Source: Eledone cirrhosa (Eukaryota). Taken from it: DNA of 64,000 bases. The stretch is taken from assembly GCA_964016885.1 (NCBI GenBank), contig OZ024745.1, positions 73,780,001 through 73,844,000 on the forward strand, read 5' to 3'. Positions within the stretch are counted from its first letter, which is position 1. The number at the start of each line of letters is the position of its first letter. Shown here one piece after another: positions 26,936 through 36,633 of this stretch. The position numbers and the translations under genes are program-made. Under the pieces are notes generated by a model. It ran no database searches. It saw only the letters and a program-made list of their open reading frames with translations, and had not been told where the DNA came from.

Positions 26936-28224
26936 CTTGATAATGTGACCTATTGTTTATGAAAATACTCTATACAAAAGACGTTTGTCACTTTTATTGT
27001 TGAAGTTATAGATATTCCTTTCAATAAGTATAGTGGTGATAGACTATTCCAGTATGAAAAATATTGTTGCTGTTGTTGCACAATTGAAGACCGGAGTAGT
27101 GCACCCGGCTCAAAGTTCTTATTTTATTACAGACAGAGCCTTATAAATCGCGAAAATATTGGCTATGTGAAGGCTTGTTATAATTGTTCATCACGGTTTA
27201 CTTACGAGTTACTAATTTTGCTGCTGCTTTAAATTTAGATTTTAGTTGTTCAACGTATCATCTAATTTCTTGTGCAATTGCTATTGCAGCTGATACGACT
27301 GATTTGTAACATTTCGCCGATCATAGTAATGAAAAGCACTTAAGAGTTCTTCTTATGGATTGATGAAGTAGTAGGCTATATTAGTCCCTTTATGTGCCAA
27401 AAGTAGAAACAATTAATGACTGTCTTCTTATATTGCTCTTTGTCACCCATTCAAACTCTACCATCTTAGCTTCAAGGAATATTCACTCATTGAGTGTCAA
27501 ATTTTAACGTAATATATGGTGTTAGTTTCGCAGATGTCTTGTATTACCATCTTTGAAATTTAGATTCATGCTCCATTCCAATACTACAGTTTTATTCTGT
27601 TCTATGCCTACACATTTATTAGCGACCGAACGAACTGTGGGTCGTTTCTTCATTTTAGTTCTAATGAAGATCACCATATTGACGTCAAATTAATGCATTC
27701 CTAGTATATTAATAAGCCAACCACGTGGTACCGAATCAAAAGTTTTCTTGCATTATATCCAGATAGATGACATGTTCTTTTGCTTTTGTTTTGGTATCAT
27801 CCAATCCAGTATCATCTTCTTAACAAAGAGCTGGTCAATTATCTTGTAGGTCTTGGGAGTACACTCTTTCTATGCACAGATAATTGAATATAAATGTACG
27901 TTTATGTTCAATTATCCTATTGTCTGAAATTTGTTTATTAAGATAACAGTTTGTAAGTTTATAATTAAGATATTTTACAAACAAAAGTTATATAATGATG
28001 GAAATATTAAAACAAGAATATAAACAAAGTGAAGTAATAAAATAGGTGGGGCAAAGTAAAGATGGACAGATCTGGCTGTAGAGAAAAGTAAAGGAGATGA
28101 CTATAAATGTGATAAATGAGAAGAAAATGAAGGAAAGAGCAAGGATTATAAAGAAGAGATAATATTTTGGAGTGTTGTTTATAAATTACTGGCATACTTG
28201 GAATCATTATTATCCTAAAAGAAA

Positions 28225-28412
28225 TGGGTATTGGATTGGCAGTATCGGTAGAGGGTCGGATGCTATGCTTTGAAGTACAGAGTTACGCCCCTTTATGATC
28301 TGAGTTCAAATCCCGCCAAGGTTAACTTTGCCTTTCATCCTTACGGGGTCGATAAAATAAAGTACCAGTAATGCACTGGATAATTGCTGGCCTTGTGTCA
28401 AAAGTATAAACA
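28225..28412 (+). mobile_element. Full-length SINE family 1 with a 19-bp target-site duplication
   Basis: Flanks are ATTATTATCCTAAAAGAAA (28206-28224) and ATTATTATCTTAAAAGAAA (28413-28431). A and B boxes, core and tail are all present. Confidence 0.9.
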
Positions 28413-29499
28413 ATTATTATCTTAAAAGAAAGGAGCTATCACAACACATTTTAAAGAGGGTGTTAAACATTTAAATATCTTCAACAACAAAATATTTCTA
28501 GTTTCCGAAGCTGTCTTAAACAAGTGTCAGATCAGATATTGTAACGTTATATAGTTTTATAACCAGCTATTGTTTTTTTGTCAGATTTAGTATAGTTTTC
28601 AAAAATAGCATTCTAAAATGTATTTATTGGTTCTTTAACGGCTATCTAATCTATCCCTATATTGTTATCACGTATTGCTCTAGAGAATTCTTTTCAAAGG
28701 TGTAGTTTTCCATGAAGCATTTCTAAACATTCAGGTGTTTGGAGATGCGTTTGTTCATTGTTCATATTATTTCATCATGTGTTGGCATATATTTTTGTTA
28801 AAATTTATTTGAATGGTTATCTACTGCCATCTGAGTTATTTTACTTGCTTCGATTACGTAAATTATTTATCTTACACTTTAATTTAGCCCTCCGGTTATC
28901 TATTCTATCTTGGTAACATATCTTTTGTAACAATACATTATTCATCTAAACCTGCAGAGTAAATTATTGCGATTATCCAAGCATATTTGGAAAGTGTCTA
29001 ACTGAGTAATGGAATTGGGTATGACGATGTAATTTGTGATCACCCTTTGTATATTGCCGATAGCGTCCAGTAATCTATTTTAGTATTTAAGGGATTGCTT
29101 TCTCCTCTCCCAGCAACAGTAATAACAATAGCAGCAGGAGCTGCAGTAGCAATGAAACATGTCTTTTTAAACGGGAAACAAACTGGCTTAAAAACCCCAA
29201 AAAGGTCGTCCGAAAAATACGAAAAAGTCCCTGAAGCACTTTGAGAACATAACTAAGAGAAAGATAGTGTACCATTACGTGGAAGATAAGGAATGATGAG
29301 TTGAAATGACAACATATTTCTATCTCAAGAATCATATGGAGCGATGTTGGAATTGCCACAGACAATATGGAGCAGTGGAGATTAAATTCCTCTAAGAAGC
29401 CAAAGTACAGACGTGTTCCACTGTTCTTTGCAGGATTTGAGAATTTAGTACATGAGCTGGTGAGTGGCTAATCTCTAGGTATCGAGTGTATTGTGATAA

Positions 29500-29554
29500 T
29501 TAAATTTCTGGCCTTGTGCCTAAATCAGAAACCATCATTATTATTATTATTATT
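29500..29554 (+). mobile_element. SINE-type 3' tail plus (ATT)n at the left edge of the array
   Basis: TTCTGGCCTTGTGCCTAAATCAGAAACCATC followed by (ATT)n. Confidence 0.7.
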
Positions 29555-30357
29555 GTTCTTTGAGTCTCAGTCATTGATGTTATTTAACTGGAAAGTTTGT
29601 TGAAATGAATATCAAGCCGCTACCTACAGCCTCAGATATTCAGGACGTATCGGAGGTTCTTACTGTTCCCAGCAAGCATGCCTTTTGAAGTGTTCCAAAA
29701 AGCGGGGCTGCACTAATCTTCTTTAATCATCCTTGGAAACTCTTTGAGATAGTACCTACTGCGCCTATGACAATCGGGACGACCTAAACATACCTTGTTA
29801 TGTTGATCTTTTACAATGATGTCAGGTCTATTTGCTTTTATGGTCTTGTCAGTATGTAAGTATGTACAGAAAAGTCCCAGTGAATTGTTACTTTTTCTCC
29901 TTCAGTTACAGCCTCAGGGTGATGATTGTACCACTTGTCTTCAGTTTTGATTTGATAATGCCGACATATTACCCAGTGTAGATATTGGCCAACTCTGTCA
30001 TGTCTATATTTGTATTATACTGGTACTAAAACTTTACATCCAGAGACTAAGTGATCTACTGTTTCAACATCAGTATTGCAGAATCGGCACTTTGGGTTTA
30101 TACCGTTTCTCATCACACTGGCCTGGTAATTAGGAGTCAATAAGATTTGATCTTGGGCAGATAAGATGAAGCCTTTACTATCCGCCTTTAGCCCTGAACT
30201 ACGTAGCCACTGATGGGTGTGCTTTTGGTCAACATCAGCTTGTTTGCTACGGGCCACATATTTGCCATGCAGAGGTTTCTGCTCCCAATTTGATGCTAAT
30301 TGTCCTTGCCCTTTTGCTTTTGCCAGTGATTTTATGTGCCTAGCAGAATCAGTTGCA
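29555..30357 (-). mobile_element. 5'-truncated degenerate R4/Dong-type element
   Basis: WEQKPLHGKY..HQWLRSSGLK..GFILSAQDQ..CRFCNTDVETVDHLVSGC and a terminal LQKACLLGT. It is flanked by ATT tracts. Confidence 0.9.
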
Positions 30358-30387
30358 ATTATTATTATTATTATTGTTATTGTTATT

Positions 30388-30513
30388 CCTTGAATCTCAG
30401 TCATTGATGTTGGTTAACTGGAAAGTCCGTTGGATTGAATATCAAGCCACTACCTGCAGCCTCAGATATTCAGGACGTATCGGAGGGTTCTTGCCGTTCC
30501 AAGCAAGCATGCC

Positions 30514-30516
<3 letters not shown>
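30388..30516 (-). mobile_element. ~130-bp extreme 3' fragment of the same R4/Dong-type family
   Basis: KACLLGTARTLRYVLNI* plus a 3'UTR similar to 29557-29686. It is flanked by ATT tracts. Confidence 0.85.
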
Positions 30517-30550
<34 letters not shown>

Positions 30551-30764
30551 GAATGCCATGGTTGACGGAGGCTCGGCTCTGTAAGGTATAGTAATTTTTA
30601 ACCGTTAAAACAATTGTAAATTGTTTAAAACTTGAACCAAATTGTTGATAAAGACACCCTCCTCCTCGTGAGAGGGGTCTTTCTGTCCGTTATTTGGCCC
30701 TTCGGGGTTAAATAACCAGTTATTGGGGTTTTGTACCCAATATTCATTTTAAACAAAAAACAAC

Positions 30765-32861
30765 ATGGCTACGAAAAAGAAATTTCATACGTCACTCCCA
30801 CTCATTCCGTCTTCTTCTTCCTCAATCATCACTACAGCAGAGAGAAGATTGTCTCTCTCCCTCCCTTCTTTAAATGTGTCTCTCTCCCTCCCTTCTCTTT
30901 CGCAAGTGACGAAAGAAAAGAAAAGTCTCGTGCAAAGCGTGCAAGGTTTCTCCACGACGACGACGACAGCGACGAAACAGGTGTGCGGGAAATACGAAAA
31001 CCCAGTTCATTCGTCTGACGTCAGGAATAATAGCAGTAGCAGCCGTAATAACAACAGCAACAGTGACAATGAAAACAACAGTAGCAGCCGCAACAGCATC
31101 ACCAGCAGCATAAACAACAACAGCATTAGCAGCAGCAACACCAACAACAACCACAGCAACAGCGGCGGAGGCAGTAGTCGTAGTACCTGCAGCAACAACA
31201 AAAGTACCAGCAGCTCTGACGACAACAACAACAGCAGAGAAAAACCAATCTCATTTGCAGGTATTGCGAAAAACTTGGAAACAATCCTCATAACAAATGA
31301 GGAATTAGAGGAAGCGAAGAAGATGGTGACAAAGAACGGACACCGAGCAATCTGCAAGGCAGCGAAAAATTTTTTCGAAACCCAAGAGCACTGTACGGTC
31401 ACGTACCGTACAGTAAGTACAAAATCCCGTAGGGTGGAAAGAGCCACAGAGGCCCAAATACAAAAAGCCTTGGGGTCTGTGTGGCAGAGGAAAACGCACA
31501 TCACCCGAGGCAAAAAATACGCCACCGTAGACGTACTTTTTGCCACACCCCAGGAGGCAAAGGCCCAATCAGTAGTGACCCTAAGGAGCGAGGAAATGGT
31601 GTTGGTGCCCTCCTACTGCGGGCAAAAAATTGTGAGGGTCAAACTGACCCACGTCCCCCCCGGAATGACCCCTTCTTGGCTGGCCGCGTCTGTCCTCGTC
31701 GGAATCGAGGACAAAACAACTGTACTGCAAGTACAGAAAAAAGTAAGAGAAGATTGGGTCGGCTCCTCCATTGAGATGCTAATCCAAACCAACCAGGAGT
31801 GCATCGAAGCTATCCCGGATGTGATAGACTTCGATAACGGCACTCAACTGCCCATAAGTGTTGAGGGCAAACGCCCGAAATGCTTTCGCTGTGGATCGAA
31901 GACTCACCTCAGGGCCTTCTGCAACGAGAAGACCCTGAGAAAGGAGAAAACCCCCCTCCTTCCGAATCCGGCTCCACGGCTACCAGCAACAGGACAAGCG
32001 GCAACCAGGAACGATAGGTCCGTGGCACCCATACCCACTCCACGGAAATCAAAGACAGAAGCAGCAGTGGAAATATTAACAACAACAACAGCAATACCAA
32101 ATGCAGCTGCAACAGAGACTCCAGTGCAAACATCACCAACAACAACAAGTGAAAGAGTGGAGCTGGTACCCCTCCCCGACCTTACAGAATCAGACATGGA
32201 GTGTGAGGTGGGAGAGGGATGGCAAAAGGTCGCAAGAAGGCACAAACGCAGAAGCAGCGCATCGTCGCCTTTGAAAAGGGAGGAAAGAAATGAGAAAAGG
32301 GTAAAGTCTACTGCAAAGAGACCCACAGCAGCAACACCACCAACACCATCACCACCCACACCAGCACCACCATCACCACCGGCGACAACCCCACCGCCAA
32401 CAACACCTTCAACACCACCACCACAAGCACCAACATCGCAAACACAACAACAAAACACACACACCCAGCAACAACGACAAGAAAATAGCAGAACCACACC
32501 CCACCCCCAGAAAAACAAATGCACGGCAATAAACACACACAACAAGAAACTAATGACTTACATAATTGAACACACAGACATTTCACAACAGGACTACATA
32601 ATACCAGCACCAATCAAAACGCCAACTAACATAAGACTGCTAAAAATAGCACAGAAACAATACACAAACATTAAAACGAAATTCCCCAACGCAGTTGGTG
32701 ATTTCAGGGACCTAGGAGGAACCATCAATCGAAGAGTATATTCAGACATTCTCTTAGAAGAGCCGACGACCAGCCGAAGGGACGATTCAACGGTCCCTTC
32801 ACCAGACGATCAAGTGAAAAGGGATGTAAAAACCATCCCTCCTCTACCAAAAGTACGGTAA
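30765..32861 (+). CDS. ORF1 nucleic-acid-binding protein (698 aa)
   Basis: Asn/Ser-rich N-terminus, globular centre, CCHC knuckle CFRCGSKTHLRAFC, basic WQKVARRHKRR segment, Pro/Thr-rich linker and a conserved C-terminal block. Confidence 0.9.
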   Translation: MATKKKFHTSLPLIPSSSSSIITTAERRLSLSLPSLNVSLSLPSLSQVTKEKKSLVQSVQGFSTTTTTATKQVCGKYENPVHSSDVRNNSSSSRNNNSNSDNENNSSSRNSITSSINNNSISSSNTNNNHSNSGGGSSRSTCSNNKSTSSSDDNNNSREKPISFAGIAKNLETILITNEELEEAKKMVTKNGHRAICKAAKNFFETQEHCTVTYRTVSTKSRRVERATEAQIQKALGSVWQRKTHITRGKKYATVDVLFATPQEAKAQSVVTLRSEEMVLVPSYCGQKIVRVKLTHVPPGMTPSWLAASVLVGIEDKTTVLQVQKKVREDWVGSSIEMLIQTNQECIEAIPDVIDFDNGTQLPISVEGKRPKCFRCGSKTHLRAFCNEKTLRKEKTPLLPNPAPRLPATGQAATRNDRSVAPIPTPRKSKTEAAVEILTTTTAIPNAAATETPVQTSPTTTSERVELVPLPDLTESDMECEVGEGWQKVARRHKRRSSASSPLKREERNEKRVKSTAKRPTAATPPTPSPPTPAPPSPPATTPPPTTPSTPPPQAPTSQTQQQNTHTQQQRQENSRTTPHPQKNKCTAINTHNKKLMTYIIEHTDISQQDYIIPAPIKTPTNIRLLKIAQKQYTNIKTKFPNAVGDFRDLGGTINRRVYSDILLEEPTTSRRDDSTVPSPDDQVKRDVKTIPPLPKVR

Positions 32862-32896
32862 GTGGTCTTTCCCATCTTTTCCACTCTATTTTAAAC

Positions 32897-35800
32897 ATGA
32901 CCTCACTCAGAATAGGCAGCATAAATGCGCGTGGCTTGGGGTCGTCATGGAAGCAGGGTCACCTGCTCAACGACCTCAGGTCACTAAACATAGATGTAGT
33001 GGCCATCAGCGAGACCAGAATCTCCGAAGCACGGGCCTTCGCACCGATCTTCGGCGGCTACGATGTGTACGCATCTCCCAGCCGTCCTGGATCGGGTGGA
33101 GGAGTTGCTGTGCTTTTTCGGAGAGGTTTGGATCTCGCCATACGGGCCATCTTCCTGGACCCAGAGGGTAAGCTGGTGGTGCTGAACGTGACCAGCGGAG
33201 ACGGGCAAGCTTTCAGGCTAGTGGCCGTCTATGCCCCGACAGGAGCAGGGCGGCCTGATTTCTTCCGGCGTCTGGAGACCTTTCTTGGAACGTCCCGCTC
33301 TTTAGTGTTAGTGGGCGACTGGAATGGGATCTTAGATGCGCGCTGGGACTGTGTGGGATTAGCGGATAGGGGTGGAGGGTGCAAGAGCCTCACCAACCTG
33401 CTCAGGCGTTTTGAACTGTCTGACAGGTACCGATTGGATTTCCCGAATGTGCCAATGTGGACTTGGACAAACCGCATAGGGTCATCCAGATCATATCTAG
33501 ATAGAGTATTTTGTAGGGAAATAGATAGGTCTAGCATAGGCTGTCCACAATTCAAGATAGTCAGCTACACGGACCACAAATTCGTGACCTGTGTGCTTGA
33601 CTTAGATAGGCTTCATAGACGAGGACCCGGCTACTGGAAGCTAAACGCGTCCTTACCAGCGCGCAAGGCCTACAGAGACCGGATTAGCGAACTAGTTAAG
33701 CGGGCGTTGACGGGGGCCATCGTCAACAACAAGTGGTGGTTTGCTCTGAAAAGAGCGATTAGAATAGAATCGATTAGGTTTAGTAAGGCTTTAGCAATAG
33801 AGAAAAATAGAGCAGAGGGAGAACTAGTTACAAAATTAGACGAGGCGCTTAGCAAAGGCATTGCGACCGACGTGCTTGCGGCGAAATTGGCCCTTGACCA
33901 ATTCTTCAATGCAAAGCACGAAGGCTGCGTTGTCAGAGCTAGGGTGCGTGCTCTCAGACACGAGGGGACGAAAGCCGTTCAATGGGCCCGAGTGGCGGAG
34001 GCGCGTCGTGGCAACAAAGCCACGATCCGGTCTTTGGTGGACCACGACGGGCGCATGCTACTCGATCCCGGGCAAATGTGTGAAGCTTTTCAGCGACACT
34101 TCGCTCAGCTGTTCGGGGGCAGCGGGGGGCCGGGTAGAGGGATGGACTTTAGTGTCTACCTCGACGGACTGCCGCGGCTCTCGGCCACTGAGGCGAAGTG
34201 TTGCGAAAAGCCGATAACAGCCGCTGAAGTACGGGAGGCAATGACTGGCTGCACAAGGGGTAAATCGCCTGGTTTGGATGGTCTGCCCTATGAACTTTAC
34301 GTACAGATGCCAGACTTGTTCGGAGGCCTCTTGGCGGACGTCTACTGCAACTGGCAACAGAACGGGAGAATTCCCAGTTCTGTGAGCCGAGGAGCGGTGG
34401 CACTGCTGAGAAAGGATCCGAACAAGGGGGATAACATAGAAAATTTCCGGCCCATAACTCTGCTAAACACAGAGTTTAAGATTTTGGCCAAGGTGCTAGC
34501 AAAGAGGTTGGCGCTTGTCGTTGGTGGTCTGGTGGGAGAGGCGCAGACATGCGCCATTCCCGACAGATCCATCCACGACAACCTCCACCTCATGCGATAC
34601 ATCGTAGAGAGGGTAGCTAGGGAACCTGGCACGGGTGGGTCCTTGATCAATTTAGATCAGTCGAAAGCTTTCGATAGGGTCGACCATCGTTACCTAGCGG
34701 CAGTCCTGAGGGCGGCTGGCTTTGGGCCCGTCTTCAGAGGCTGGATCGCTGCCATGCACAGCGACATCTGCTCTGTGGTGAGAGTGAACGGTCACCTGTC
34801 GGAACCGTTCAACATCATGCGCTCGGTCCGCCAAGGATGTCCCCTCTCGTCCCTCTTGTACGTATTGACTCTCGAGCCATTACTGCACAAACTGGAGACG
34901 TTGAGGGGAGTCCCGCGCGAACTAGGATGCGGAAGATCCGTGTCAGCATATGCGGACGATGTCACCGTAGTGGTGTCGAACGCCAAACACATCGAGGCGA
35001 TCGGCACTACACTAAGAGAATACGAAGCGGTGACAGGAGCAATGATCAACCAGGAAAAGTCAGTGGGCCTGCAGCTCGGCACCTGGAGAGGCAGGTCCAT
35101 GCCGTCCAACAGCGTCGTCGGGCGCTGGACGGACGGACCGGTTAAATTGCTAGGGGTCTGGTTCGGTCCGGACCTCCAGACGGACAAAAACTGGGACGAG
35201 GTGACGAGCAGGGTGGCTTCTCTCACCCAGAAATGGGCGGAGAGGAAGCTATCCCTGAAAGGTCGAGCGGAGGTGGCTAACGCGTACATCGCGTCTGTCA
35301 TCTGCTACCGCCTAACCGTCGTACCTTGTCCTAAGCCTCGCCTGACTGCGCTGGAGCGTTTGCTCTTTCGCTTTTTGTGGAAGGGACGTGCTCCGATGGT
35401 CAGGCGGTCCATCTGTTGTCAACACCCGCTACGTGGAGGGCTGGGGATGCCGTGGCTGATGATGCGCAGGCACGCGCTCAGGCTACGACATCTCCACCTC
35501 TTCCTCGACGGTGATCAGGTGTGGTCGCCGTTTGCTAGACGCGTTTTTCCCCAGCTCGTTTCCTTGACGGAGCTGCAGTCCTGGGTCAAGCGAAGACCGA
35601 GAGGGAGCGCCTGGAGACTGGAATGTCTTCAGGCGCTCACAGCCCTCGACCAATCGGGCAATGTGATCGGTGGAAACTCCACCTCGGCGTTCTATAGAGG
35701 ATTAGTGGAGGGGAAGAGCGACGACGTACTTGGGGAAACTCTAGGCGTCGACGAAAATCAACTAGCCAATCTCTTCGGAAGAACTTTCGGGCCAGGGCCT

Positions 35801-36316
35801 ATGGACAACTTCCAGAAATCTCTGGCCTGGCAGTGCTACCGAGGAGCCTTGCCAGTTCGGGATAAACTCTACAGGCATGGAGGTGCCGTCAGCCGGGCAT
35901 GTCCGAGATGCGCGCAGGGCGACGAAACCGTCCTGCACGCACTCGTCGAGTGTCCGAAAATTGCTGACTTGTGGGTTTATGTCGAACACCTGCTGTCGCG
36001 TTTAGGACGGATCCAGCTATCATCTGAGTCTATCGTGAGGATTGCCCCGCCCTCCTCCTTTAGCCGGGAAGGGCAGGCAGTTTTTATCTGTCTGGTGGCC
36101 ATGGCGAAAGAGATAGTATGGTGGACACGTTTGAAAGGGCTGAAGACGAGCACTTACCTCTTCGGTGATGCTCTGATTGACTTTTTCAAATTTCATTTGA
36201 AAAGGAAAATCAGAGTAGAGAAGGAAGTGCTCTCTTCCCAGCATTTTGTTGAAAGATGGGTGAGAGAAGCAAGAATGGCCCGAGTGAATGGGCCGACTCT
36301 GAGTATATATCTGTAA
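32897..36316 (+). CDS. ORF2: APE endonuclease, reverse transcriptase and C-terminal zinc finger (1139 aa)
   Basis: EN motifs INARGL, SETR, VYAP, GDWN, YLDR, TDH; the GPGYWKLN motif; RT motifs KSPGLDGLP, FRPITLLN, DQSKAFDRVDH, RQGCPLS, YADD; finger CPRCAQGDETVLHALVEC. Confidence 0.97.
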   Translation: MTSLRIGSINARGLGSSWKQGHLLNDLRSLNIDVVAISETRISEARAFAPIFGGYDVYASPSRPGSGGGVAVLFRRGLDLAIRAIFLDPEGKLVVLNVTSGDGQAFRLVAVYAPTGAGRPDFFRRLETFLGTSRSLVLVGDWNGILDARWDCVGLADRGGGCKSLTNLLRRFELSDRYRLDFPNVPMWTWTNRIGSSRSYLDRVFCREIDRSSIGCPQFKIVSYTDHKFVTCVLDLDRLHRRGPGYWKLNASLPARKAYRDRISELVKRALTGAIVNNKWWFALKRAIRIESIRFSKALAIEKNRAEGELVTKLDEALSKGIATDVLAAKLALDQFFNAKHEGCVVRARVRALRHEGTKAVQWARVAEARRGNKATIRSLVDHDGRMLLDPGQMCEAFQRHFAQLFGGSGGPGRGMDFSVYLDGLPRLSATEAKCCEKPITAAEVREAMTGCTRGKSPGLDGLPYELYVQMPDLFGGLLADVYCNWQQNGRIPSSVSRGAVALLRKDPNKGDNIENFRPITLLNTEFKILAKVLAKRLALVVGGLVGEAQTCAIPDRSIHDNLHLMRYIVERVAREPGTGGSLINLDQSKAFDRVDHRYLAAVLRAAGFGPVFRGWIAAMHSDICSVVRVNGHLSEPFNIMRSVRQGCPLSSLLYVLTLEPLLHKLETLRGVPRELGCGRSVSAYADDVTVVVSNAKHIEAIGTTLREYEAVTGAMINQEKSVGLQLGTWRGRSMPSNSVVGRWTDGPVKLLGVWFGPDLQTDKNWDEVTSRVASLTQKWAERKLSLKGRAEVANAYIASVICYRLTVVPCPKPRLTALERLLFRFLWKGRAPMVRRSICCQHPLRGGLGMPWLMMRRHALRLRHLHLFLDGDQVWSPFARRVFPQLVSLTELQSWVKRRPRGSAWRLECLQALTALDQSGNVIGGNSTSAFYRGLVEGKSDDVLGETLGVDENQLANLFGRTFGPGPMDNFQKSLAWQCYRGALPVRDKLYRHGGAVSRACPRCAQGDETVLHALVECPKIADLWVYVEHLLSRLGRIQLSSESIVRIAPPSSFSREGQAVFICLVAMAKEIVWWTRLKGLKTSTYLFGDALIDFFKFHLKRKIRVEKEVLSSQHFVERWVREARMARVNGPTLSIYL

Positions 36317-36578
36317 ACTAAAGGTGGAAAACTGGGAGAGGGCACTTGCCTTGGTGGTCAGGGTCATTGTGGCTTTTTACTGGGCTTTCTCCACAAATGT
36401 CCCTCCGAAGTCTCCCCCCTATTGGGGAATTTTTCATTGTTATTTTCATTGTTATTTTTGTTACATCCTCTGTTTTTGTTTTTTTTTACACGCAGAAATG
36501 CCCATTTGTACCGTCCTGCATTGTCCTGCACTGTCCTTAATGTCTACTTTATGTAAACCCTTGTGGTTAATAAAGAAA

Positions 36579-36580
<2 letters not shown>

Positions 36581-36632
<52 letters not shown>
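36581..36632. repeat. (ATT)n spacer shared as the tail of Tx1 copy 1 (+) and of the Dong-type element (-)
   Basis: Read directly. Equivalent spacers occur at 30516-30550, 39667-39707, 45385-45408, 51291-51317, 57199-57225 and 63252-63286. Confidence 0.95.

Positions 36633-36633
<1 letters not shown>

Larger units (their letters stand above)
30551..36580 (+). mobile_element. Tx1/L1-clade non-LTR retrotransposon, subfamily A, copy 1, full-length and intact
   Basis: Layout is (ATT)n | GAATGCCATGG 214-nt 5'UTR, ORF1, 35-nt spacer, ORF2, 3'UTR ending AATAAAGAAATC | (ATT)n. The 5' start matches copy 5 and, with one mismatch, copy 4. Confidence 0.95.

Noticed and set aside
28500-29080. Possible decayed Dong-like ORF on - (LHGK-like and GG-L-like words)
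   Set aside because: Only isolated motifs with many stops; it needs tblastn confirmation.
31007-32613. Long antisense ORFs over ORF1 (179-213 aa), recurring in copies 4 and 5
   Set aside because: They are explained by (AAC/AGC/ACC)-rich sense codons that lack antisense stops. Recurrence only reflects near-identity of the copies.
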